Assembly: GCF_006345805.1 (NCBI RefSeq) | Contig: NC_043000.1 | Coordinates: 59,396,001 to 59,460,000 of the forward strand | DNA: 64,000 bases | Direction of reading: 5' to 3' | Origin: Octopus sinensis | Lineage: Eukaryota | Shown here: positions 47,355 through 59,600 of the stretch, piece by piece | Layout: each line of letters begins with the position of its first letter | Numbering within the stretch: the first letter of the stretch is position 1 | The notes under the pieces: model-generated | Seen by the model: the letters and a program-made list of their open reading frames with translations, nothing else | The model's database searches: none | What the model was told of the DNA's origin: nothing | Translations under genes and position numbers: made by a program

Positions 47355-48991
47355 TAAATTATATAAGTAATAAGAATAATGATAATCTGTGCTGAGTTGT
47401 TAACTGGAAGAGATAGCCAAGGCACATGTCTCAGTTATGTTCATAAATATACCTGATGGGGCGGGGAATTGAGAAGTTTTTCATAAAACATCGAAAGAAA
47501 AATAAATTAAAAATTGATTTAAAGGAGGAGAGAAAATCCATTTGTTATCAATTAAACAGGTATTTTTACAGGTTCACACACAAAAATAACTTGTGTTGTT
47601 TACTTATTTTTGTGAACTCTTCATCAGCACCATAAGATCAGCAGTTGTGTTCTAATTCAGTCAAGAACCTTTCATGTTTGATATTTAAGGGCAATGAGAA
47701 GAAATAAAAATGAAAATAAATAATTGTTAAAATATAAAATGTGATTAAAGAAAAATAACAAATAATGACACCTGATTTTTGCTTACCACATAGAAAAATG
47801 TTTGTGTAGTATATAGAAAACATATTGCTATGAAAGGAGTAACATTCAGAATATTCATTTTTTTTTATATATATATATTCAAAAAAACAAAAAGCAATGA
47901 ATCTGATCAGGCAGGTTTTTCTTTTCTAATTCGATTCCTCTCTCTCTCTGTCGCACATACATACCTATCCATTCACCTTCCTTGCATACATACCAAAAAA
48001 GGAAAGAAAAAAAATCTACCAAGTTAAAATCAGAATAGCTTCATTTCCTTGTTTTTCTTTGGCTGAATGTTTGAAGTATGCAATAAGAAAGATAATCCAT
48101 TTTACTGAATGAACTAAAAATTAAGTACAGTTTCTTTTTAAAGTCTTATGTCGAACACACACAGTCTCTGCAATGTAAGTAGAGTACTTTTGTTGATGAT
48201 AACAGTTGACACAAATATTGAAAATTAAATTATGAAACTGGTAATTTGATATTTGGGGAAAGGAGGAAAATGTTAAGATTTATAGTGGTCATTATTACTT
48301 TTAACAATTTATATAATAATAAAAAAAAATGGTCCCTAAATTTCCCCATACCCAGCTTGAATTTTTTTCTTAAATTTTGCAGAAATTTTTAGCATCAATA
48401 TTTCAAATGGGAAATCAGATATTGCAACTTCTTTCGCTATATAATTTTGGAGAGGGAAGGGTGGGGGGCATGATTATAAAAAATTTTTTCACCCCTCAGA
48501 AACACATTTTCAAATTTCTAATTGTCCTCAGTTTCTAATGACAATGTAGCTGAATTGGTGTCAGGAGCTTTTGAAGAAGCTCTATAGAATTCATGTCACT
48601 CAAAGGCCAGAAATCAACAGCACATATTCCAAAATATTTTGAACTCTTCTAGATCTTTTAAATCTATCATAATTTTGTTCTAATCTGTTGTAATTTCTTC
48701 CAAGCAATGTTTTTTATTTTTAATATAATTTATGACTTGGCATGCAATATTATATAGAGAGAAGCACAGTCAGAACTCCAGTTCTGGTGGAAGATCACAA
48801 CTCTGGTATGTTTACTTTTGCTTTTACATTCATTTTCTTTTTGTTTTTATTTTTGTCCAGTTTTTTTTTGTTGTTATTATTTCTTTGAAGTTTGTATTTT
48901 GGTGGGATTTTTTTTTTTTTTTTTTTTGTTCTTTAAATATCAGAGTTTTATTTACATGCAATATACACATTGCAAAAACTATTTTCTGGAT

Positions 48992-49176
48992 TCAACGCTT
49001 TTTCTTGCCAGGAAAAGGAAACCAGCTCCGTTTTTTGTTTGCTGATGTGTGAGGTACTCTCTCAAACAAAGTAGGATTGGTCATGCCCCGAGGAAGTGTT
49101 GCATGAGCAGGAAGGTTTTTCCATAATTCTTGCTGGTGACGAAATGACATAGGCATATTCTTTTTCATTAATTTTT
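48992..49176 (-). CDS. RhoGEF terminal coding exon
   Basis: ttcag|(E)KLMKKNMPMSFRHQQELWKNLPAHATLPRGMTNPTLFERVPHTSANKKRSWFPFPGKKKR*. Phase 1 matches the upstream exon; basic/aromatic tail as in this family. Confidence 0.78.
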
Positions 49177-52100
49177 CTGAAAACAAATATATCATAGTTT
49201 AAAGGCAGAGAAAATTAATAAAATAAATATACAGTAAAATACATAACCAACTGATAATTGAATAGTAATGTACAGAAAGACACAAACAAAAGTCTGAAAT
49301 ATTTAATTAATAGATTAATAGTTGTATTTACATAAAAGCTTGCACACTTACTTTATGAAGCTTTCAGTGTAAATATGTAAAAGTTGCATAAATAGTAAAT
49401 TTATTTCATAATACTACACAAGGGCAACTAATTAAGTAAATATACTGATTATTGCAAGGCAAAATACCAGTTAAAGGCTCTAGACTACAAATGATATAGT
49501 TCAAACCTTATCATAACATTTCTGTTTTTCTTCTGGACAAAGTATATAACTTCTGCTCTTTCAGTTTGCCTAGCTAATGAGTTTCACTCTTAAGGAAAAA
49601 AAAAAAAATCCAGCCATAAACATTTTCTGCAACAATGTAGAGAACATCAAAATTTCTAAAATCTATTCCATTGAGGGTCGTATTGAAAATGAATATAAAA
49701 CATTATTTTTAAAAATTTAAACAAGAACAAGTGGTAGATATACAAAATTGTTTGGGAGAACATTCTGGTGGGATTATATGTAAGTGAGCATAACAATAAC
49801 ATACAAACATGACATAACATGACATGACAAATATACAATAGTAAATTCATAAACTTCAAAATGAATTTAATGGATTTTTTTTCTCCTTTGATTCAATGAA
49901 TGATGATGTTGAAACAAAAATCAAAATGAAACAAATCTAGTAACATGAAATAAAACTCATGATGAAATTAAAAGAAACACATGATAAATGTTTATGATTA
50001 TTCAAAATTAATTTGAGTGGAAAATACTTTAAAACTATATTATTGATGTTAATTATTGATTATTGAGATTACAATGTCCTGATAAGCAGTTTAATATTTT
50101 TAATATTAATAAACCTTAAAATTTCACTTGTGAAACAGAGAAAGACCTTTGACCTTTAAAATCTTTAAAGCAGAGAACATAGTTTTCACTAAGACACAAA
50201 ACTGACCAATTAACAGACCTGTTTGAGACACCTCACTAATACAAAATGATTATTAATAAGGCAACACTAATGATAATTACTAAATAAACAGCAAACATTA
50301 GCTGAAGTATGGTTGTTTCTTACAAGCTTCTTTTTAACATGAGACTTTTCTTCTAAGAGGTAGAAGAAACAAGTGTGAAGTTTAAATTTTTATGAACTCT
50401 ATTTAGCAGAAAACTAATTAGTATATGTTGAACTCATTTAAATTAAAGTTATTAACACTAGATTCATTTAATTAAAATATTTTTTCTTTAATAATTTTAT
50501 GTGGTAGATAAATGGTGGATAATATAATAAGCTGGACCTAGATGACCAAGACAAAAATAATTTAACATTAAAATAAGGGATCACACAATACTTTCTTAGT
50601 AGAGTACAAAATTTTGACAAGGAAAAGGTTGACAGTGACTTCAAAGTTTTGGCTTATCAAGTGTCATCAGGCAGCCTGATGACAGCTGGAAAACTGAAAC
50701 TTTGAAATCAGTCAACCTTTTACTTTGTAAAAATTCAAATATATAGAGTGGTTCAACAATCAATGAAATAAATAGTGGGAAATTATATAATTGACTGAAG
50801 CCTTGTTGGTGGTTCCCTTGAAAGCTGCAGTCCAATGACTCAACCTAAAAATCTATAATAAAGATTTCAATAATAATGTAAAAGATACTGGTTATCATGA
50901 AACATTATGTTTTCAATTCAGGGAATTTAACATTTGTATATTGTTGTAAGACAAAAAAGTATTTTCAAAGTTCTAAGTATTGACAGCTATCAATCTGTGT
51001 AATGACCGACCAACTTATATAACTGCAGTTTCAAGGCTAAGTTGCCCCTCTTTGATGCTCTTATCCACATATGGAGAAAAAAAATGGTGGTGCAATGCTA
51101 GTGTGACCTTTATACAACCAAGAACAAGATAAAACTGGAAGAAAATAATAATGTCAGTATCATTTTTACAACTTCACCAGCTCTTATTGTTATGTTCTAT
51201 TTTATTAAATCATCAAAAATATTAATGAGGCTGCAGAAGATACTATGAATTGCTTAAGCTGTAATTATTGAATAGCAATCAATAAGCACTGAAGAACCAA
51301 TACCCAGAAGTATAGAATACAGACTGAAAACATATTTAATGAAGTAAAAGATCTAAGAGTATAAGCTCAGAAGAGAAAAGCCAGCCACTGGAAGAAATAT
51401 GTATATTTTAGGCAGGGGGCTTAAATCAAAATAGATTCTATTTTCTTAGATAAATTAAATTAGCATTAAAAAGAAAAACATGCATTAATGACTATTATCA
51501 TTCATTAACTAGAGTTATTCTAATAACATGCAAAATTCATGTAGCTGTTGAAAGAAAGAAAGGAGAAATGTATATATGAAGCAATTAACTTCATTTGAGA
51601 CTATACAGTAGTCAGTGTATATTATAGGATCAGTAAGACAGCTAGCTATTATTGTTAAAAATAATCCAACACAAATATCTACAAAATATTAAAGACAACA
51701 ACCATTCCTCTAGGAACAGATGACATTATCACATATTTGTTGTAATAACATCAAAAGGTGATGTGATAAGACATCTAGGGTGAGATTATTACTGGTAGAC
51801 TTTAAGACACACCTAAGACACTGATTATATTTAACTACATACAAATACAGCTTTCGTTGACAGTGAATACAATGTTGGTGAAAATAAACACAAATAAATG
51901 ACATCAAACATCATTAAAATATATAGTCACATTTGCATTTTCAAAAGTACAAATGAGATGATAAACTTGTGACAACTATTAGATGGAATTACAACATTTA
52001 GTTACCTTTCTTATTGCACATAAACATTTAGTCATGAATATAGAAAAAAAAGTAAATAAAAAAATTATCAAAAATCTTAAAATGTACCTTCTGGCAAGCT

Positions 52101-55100
52101 AATGACGGAAGATAGACCAACAATTACATTAATAAACTCAAAAGTTTAACCCTTCCTCCCACTTGTCCCACCATATTTTTGTCAAGTGATGCAAATCTTT
52201 ACAAAGAAAATGACGTGACAGTTGTATAGTTAAGCTTCTAAATTACTGTCCAAAAGACCATAGGTTCTAATTATATCAAAGTCAATTATTAGAACAGTAG
52301 TGTATTGGATATAGCCCAGCTATCTGAAAATAGTAGTCACCACTTCTTTGTTAAGCAGGCAGTATATTTAAAATGAAGTTACAGATAATTAACCAGTTCT
52401 ATACTATAATATTTTGTCCTACCAATATCTTAGTAACAGTCATATTCAACCATTGCTGGCACTTGTAATTTTTACTGTTTCAAACTTATTCTTGCCACAA
52501 CAGTAGACAATGATGTACCCTCCTGATTTAATTCAACTCGAGGTGAAAACCTATAAATGTAACTTGGAAGTTTGATTGGTTGAATATTTGGTAAACTCAC
52601 AATGTTGTAAAAGATAAAAATTTATTCTTTATATCTCAGTATAGATTCCTATATAAAGAGATTATTTCAAATCTCAGTTATAAAAAGAAGATCTATGAGA
52701 GACCTCAGAACACCTCAACCAATGAGTTCTTGTTTACAACTGTTATTATTTACTTTACTGTGTATTTCATACAATAATTTAAAATAATACAGTATCTATA
52801 GCAGGAAAGAGTAACCTTCATTAGACAAAGCTCATCACCAAATGGACCACACACCTAAAACATTTCAAAGTATTTTCATTAAGGATGACACTGAGAAAGT
52901 CCTGCAGGCCATAGTTTGCCTGTGACTGATCTATATAGTATTACTAGACCACCTCAAAACAAAACAATCATCTACACTATTATTTTCAAGGTTATATAGG
53001 GAAAGAAATGATAAAGAAATATCTAATTTTTTTTTTTGCATTCTGAGTACAGACACTACACTGATTAACTTTGGCTTTTACCTCTTAGGGTTTGATTAAA
53101 AATAAAAAAATTAGTGGTAGCTGTGTATGAGATGGTCCTAATCTCATTTTACAATTTGTGGCCTTGTGTAAGTGAGGAACCATTATTATCATGTTGTTAA
53201 ATACCGTAGTGGCCAGTTTCAACCAGTGACAGATTCTATTGCTCAATGTTAATTTGTAATTGTGATGTCTCTTTAGTTATGAACACTATAACTTCCTTTT
53301 TCCTCTAAAAAAAATCTGTTTTTTTAGTTGCCAATCTAGTTTAATAAAATAGTAACTTTAAAAAAAAAGTGTTATCTGAAAGAAAAGGAGTTATATTTCC
53401 AGTTGGAATATCACAACACTAGTAAAAACAAAAACCAAAAACGAAAAAAAAAAAACAACAAAGTAAAATAAAAACATATTTGTGCCATAGTGATAGATTG
53501 CTATCTTCTGGATCTAATTCTAAGTGGGACAAAATGCTAACCACTAAAACAGTGTTTATTACAGTGAATATGCTGTGTATAAAGCAAATCAGTGTAGAAA
53601 AAGTGAGTGATTGACAACAACAAAAAGGTTGTGGTGTTGTGTGTACGTATATGTCACTATCTGGGAAAGAACTGTGGTGGCATATTTATATGTGAAAGAG
53701 AAAGAAATACAGAATTAGATCCTCTATCAAATAATCTAATTAAAGTATTTCCAAGTTAATTTGATTTGTTTCTTTTAAAAGTGTGTGTATGTATATATAT
53801 GTGTTTGCGTGTGTGTGAGAGAGAGAGGTTGGGAAGGAAGATGTAAAACTATCATAAATTAAAGGTAAGCTCCTGGCAAGTTAAGTCTGCAATCAAGTTT
53901 TCATTTCTTGTAACCATTTTATTTCCATTCTGATTGCTAATGCACTTGAGGAAGTTATGGACTTCATGTAGTTTCATTTTAGCTTTCTTACAAATCTTAT
54001 GTCTACATAAGAAATCAATATTGTATGTATGTGTGTGTATGAGCTAGTGTGTGTGAGGATGCATAAATTCAGATATATCCATTGTCACATTTAAAATTTA
54101 ATATATGCACAAGACATCTGTGAACAGCGCATACACAGATATAGAGAGAAATGTATTCAGAGCATACGTCTTTTTAAGAACCAAGTGTTAGATACTGTCT
54201 AGCTGTTACTACCAGCATGGTGTCTGTTTTCTCTAAATAGCGGCACTCTATACAGATGGTCTGCTATGGTTACATAGCATAGGGTATATTCTTGCACATC
54301 AGTTTGTAAAGAAACACAACATATTGGATCAATTTCAGAAAATAAAACTATCATTTTTTTAGTATAGCAGTAACAACAATAGTAGGAGTATCAATAGTAA
54401 TAATAGACACTATAAGCATCAATTTGAGGCCAAAAGAAGGCAAATACACTGATTAGTGCTTATCAGGTCTATAATACCACTTAGCATTTAAAACCTTAAT
54501 AGTTAACTCATTTATAGTACTAATAGTACAAAAAAATCTTTCAGAAAATTGATTAAAATATTTGTGCAGAATATTATTTCAAAACTAGTAAAACTAGCAG
54601 AGACTGTTTGAAGATAATGATTTGTTCACATTCTAAAGACTACTATTTAAATCTGAATGAGCTTGAAACAGCAAATATTTAGTCGATGATACTTGTGATT
54701 ATTGTGTAGTAATCGGTGTAGAGTGGGAGGGATAAACTCCTGATTGAAACTTTCACTTCTGTTCTGGTCATGGGAAATCATTAAATACCATTACACTGTC
54801 AACTCGCCTCTAAATCTGAGACCTTATATCTATGTTAGGCATCAATATTTTGGATTATTACTAGCAGTAATATTTTCAGACTGTTGCAGTGCTTCATACA
54901 TTGAATGTGACACTATGAGAGTGAGAAAGATGGGGGAGACATAGATTATGTGTTACCTCCTTGAGTTAACTACATTTGTTGCCTGTTGAGAGTAAAATGG
55001 AAAACATATTGGAAGCATATGTTTCATGGGAAAATCTAAAGTTTCTAACAAAACTCACACACTAGGTGGCCCATATGGTAGATAGGTTTGTGTGGATGTC

Positions 55101-56359
55101 TGTGACACTCAACATCTTTTATTCCTACAACTAAATTATCAAACATTTTTGAGAAACAATTAAAAATGTTGTTTCTAAAATAGCAATAAACTAATCAGGT
55201 ATAATGATGGCATAGTGGAAACTTTCAAAATATTGAAATGACAGTTGGCAATAGAAAAGAATTGGATTGCCTTATTTATTATTTTTTTTTAATAACATTG
55301 AAAAGTTGAAAATATAACCAAGCAGCAAAAGCAAACTGGGGTGTTATGGGATTCAATTCTAGACTTCTTCACAACAACACTGTCTTTTGCATTTTAAAAG
55401 TAGCTAGAAATAAGCACACACCCCTTCTGCCACAAGGAATAGGCATAAATAAACCATTGACTGAAGAGACAAGTATTAAAGATTTCACTGGGAGATAAAT
55501 GTATGTATGCTCGATGTGATACCAGAGCAAGTTTAATCTTTTCAATGACTATATTTGTAACAAGTTCATTTCACAAGTCACATGGTTCCAGGTTCAATTC
55601 TACTACACAGTACCAAGAGTCTTCTATTATAGCTTTCAATTAACCAATACTATGTTAGTGGAATTTAGTAGATGGAAACTGTGGAAACCCATTATGTAGA
55701 GGTGTATGGCTTAAATAGGTCATATTTTTACATCGTAGACATTCTAAACTACTTGCAAAACATAGAAGGCAAAATTGACCATGGCAGAATCTGAACTCAG
55801 AGTGTAAAGACAGACAAAATGCCACTAAGCATTTTGCCTGGCATGCTAATTCTGCTAGCTCTTCACTTTGTGGAATGCAAATATTGATAATAAGAACATA
55901 ATTCAAAATGAACAATAATCCTATTGATTGTTGTTGTTGTTGGTCAATGTCTGTAATCTGCAACAGACAGATATGAGTATGCTATAGTAGCTAGATAAAT
56001 CTGTTAAGTTATTATAGACAAGCAACAACTACAGACCCTTCATCAAAGTGCTCATAGAATATAGAAGGCTAATAACATCATTCATTATTGAAAACATTTG
56101 TGATATCAGATAGTCAAGAAGTAAAATAAAAAGTCATTTGACAAGTAATGTAAAGAGAATTATTTCCATTTGTTGCTTTCCTTTATATATATCTAAATGG
56201 AGTGGGAATGTGTGTGGTGGTTTTGGACTAACTGTTTTGGTCAAAGGAAAGTTCAACTTCATTTTTTATTGCTACAGCATTTAAAATAACTTTGTAATGT
56301 AAACAAAGAAAAACATTATCGAACATTTCTAGTGTTTGTTTATATATATATATATATAA

Positions 56360-56412
<53 letters not shown>

Positions 56413-56610
56413 ATCAGTCAAGTATGGAAATGATAACTGAACAGGTAAGAATGAACAATTTTATTATTAGAACAGTTAATGTGAGAACAAACCTAAGTAC
56501 ACTAGCAGTAAAGCTGAAGATAAAACTAGAACAATTGTCATCAGTGAAGAAATAAAATAGAAATGCTTATCTACAATATTAGACAAAAAGAAACAAGCCT
56601 AATTTACATG

Positions 56611-56647
<37 letters not shown>

Positions 56648-59600
56648 GACACAGAAATGGCTGTGTGGTTTAAGAAGCTGGCTTTACAAATATATAGTTC
56701 CAAGTTTATTCCCACTGGAGCAGATTGGGCAAGTGTCTTCTACTATAACCATAGGCAGATTAATACCTTATGAGTGGAACAGGGTAGGCAGAAACTGAGT
56801 GGAAACCCATCCTATATATGTGTACGTGTGCACATGCATGTATACACATTCATATGTGTGTGTCTGTATCTGTTTGACAAACACAACCAGCTAAAACAAG
56901 ACTAATTTTGAGTCCAGAATGTTAATTTAGCCAATCAGCAAAAAATATAGAACAATAAAATAACACCGAAACAAGTGCTAGGGTTACTATAATTGACCAA
57001 AAATCCCAGAAAGCAGTGCCCTAGAGGACAATAACTGAAACCAGTAAAAAAATAAAATACATTCTCCACCTAAATTTAATGGTACTTCAAAGGTGATACC
57101 AATCAAGATAAATGTTACATTATTTTTCTTTGATAGAAATGAAATCTGTCAAGATGTATAAAGATACATGACTACATCTCATGGGTTGTATGCCATAGTG
57201 TCATGTTTAGCTCAAGTAAGCCAGTGATTACAAGCATTCAAGCCATGATGATATCATCCTTTTCTATATAACAAACTACACTGAACAACACAATATATCC
57301 CTTAGATGGTTTTATGGAGGATTTGGCAGCTATTTCTAGCAGTACATAAATGTTCCTTCATTGGCAGATGTCCTAATTTAAAATTCATTGCTTTCCTAAG
57401 CGTGAGAGGACAAGTACCAGGTCATTTGAAATGTTAACAAAATAATTTAACAAGTTCAGAGAAGTCTCTCATATACTCATATACTCCGGAGAGTGTTTAA
57501 GTATATGAATAGTATAACTTGGACCAAAATCAGAAATAAACAAACACACTTTTTAAAAAACTGATTGATTTCCAGCTTTTGATAAGTAATGTTTGTAAGA
57601 GAGCAAGATAATCTTTACTCTTTTGTGATGTCTTATATGTTTCCCCATAAAAATACTCATAAGTGCCTTAGATGTCTGATAAGTTCTTCCAGTCACTTTG
57701 TCATCCAACCCCTGGTCAGTCTTGAGTAGACCTATGATCACATTGGCTTTCCAGCTGTGATCATCCAATCTTTTATTCAGACATATTGCACCAAGAGCAT
57801 GTTGTCTATTTAAATTTTTAATACTTCAGAGATTAATTATGTTAGCAGTAACTTTTTTTTTCATGTACATGGGTTTTTTTCCCTGAATAATTTATTAAAG
57901 AATTCTATTTTTCTCTGCTACACCATGTACAACTGTTAGGTGAAGTCTACATTTTGCTGAGCAAGCCCAGAATAAAAGTGGAAACTGTCAGGAGCTGTTT
58001 CCAGTACTTGCAAAGAAAAAGAAAAAAAATTAATGTCCCAAATTGTTTTTTTTTTTCATCAATTATTACTTCTAATTAGCTTCCTATGTTAAAAATGCTA
58101 ACACTAATTTATGCAGTTACATGATCTCTCATGTACACAGAAATATATGAAGAATAATCATTTGAAAGGTAGGTGGAACTATCACAACTCAACCAAAATC
58201 AAACGTAAATAAGAAAACTAAACGTCAAATCAGGAAGCTAATTTTAGTATCTTGAGAGTTAATGTGTTCCTTCAAAAATACCTTACTTCCAGCTTTTATA
58301 CATACATTATATATACATATATAATATAAACCACACTGGGCATAGCTTATCCAATTATATGATTGCAGTAAGAGATAAAAGATATAGCACTCACTGACAT
58401 CAAATTGCCAATGAAGTGACAAAGATTGCGAATTAAAACAATACAAAATAGTAATATTTAAGTCTACATGGAACATGTAGATATATTTAGAGAGGAGTTA
58501 AAAAAAAAGCTCTGATTATAGAAATTAGAAACACAGCAACAGAAAACTTCAGTTAAATCCATTTATCAAACATTTTTCTAAGTCATTTCAACAGAAAATG
58601 TAGATTTAAGCAGAGGTTAGAGCTCTGTTTAGTAACTCAGAAGAAACACAAGAAAGAAAAAAAAAACAGCAACAGAAAACTTGAACTCGATCTATTTAAC
58701 ACATCATGTAATCATTTTAACATATTAGCATTGTTGTCAACAGAAAAGAAATTTTTCATGAAATTTAAATATCCCTCAGAAAAAAAAAAAATTGCTTTTT
58801 AATAAAATTTTGTAAGTGAATATAATATTCAGAATTTCAATTAGATATGATGTTAAGTCAAACACAGATGATATAAAAAAGGAAATATATTTCTAAAAAA
58901 ATAAGCTATGATTAAACTAAATTTGGAAGCAAATACAAAATGGAAATTAAAAATTGAAAAGCAAAAATCCAAAGAAAGTCTTGTATTAAATTAAAGCAAG
59001 CAGTCTACTTCAATTACAACAACAATCTGACCTTAGCACCTTGGATATCTTAAATGTATATCTTAAAGCTACCTTGGATATCTTAAATGTGTATTATTTA
59101 TTTATAAAGGCCAGGTATAGAAAACATTTCACACATGTATGTGTGTGCAGGCACGCACGCACACACACAATTATTACCAAATATTTCAGTAAAAATTTCA
59201 AAAGAAACTTTAATTACCTTTTAGAAAATTTAGTTTTTAAACTTAGTTATTTGGAATGTTACTGATAGTATTAGCCTTCCTGGTAATTTAATGTTTATAG
59301 ATACAAATTAGGAATATATATATATATATATATATATATAGTTCCTTTCTACTAAAACAATTTTTGACACAACTGGAATTTATATAGCACCATATCACAT
59401 ATTTTGCCACCAACATACATTTCTAAATATTTAACAAATTGGGGATTAAGGTGAAGAAGAGATTTTAAAATGATCCAATGTTTTGGTTTATTTACAAACA
59501 CTATAACTGAGCAAGTATTTTGTTATCAGGCAGCATGCCTTTCATAGCAGCAGGCTCACCAGAAATTTTACAATAGGTCTGCTCAAGATTGCGTCCATCT

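Noticed and set aside
52088-52098. Possible 3-nt (AAG) neural microexon in the RhoGEF last intron: ...cattagcttgccag|AAG|gtacat
   Set aside because: There is a competing AG 8 nt upstream and the donor is weak; the pattern is easily found by chance in 12.7 kb without junction reads.
57553-57768. Further RhoGEF exon in ORF MDDHSWKANV...
   Set aside because: No convincing splice-site pair in the required phase and no recognisable homology.
58525-59095. Short direct repeats (ACAGCAACAGAAAACTT twice; ACCTTGGATATCTTAAATGT twice) as a CRISPR-like array
   Set aside because: Only two copies each, no regular spacers, eukaryotic intron; ordinary local duplications.
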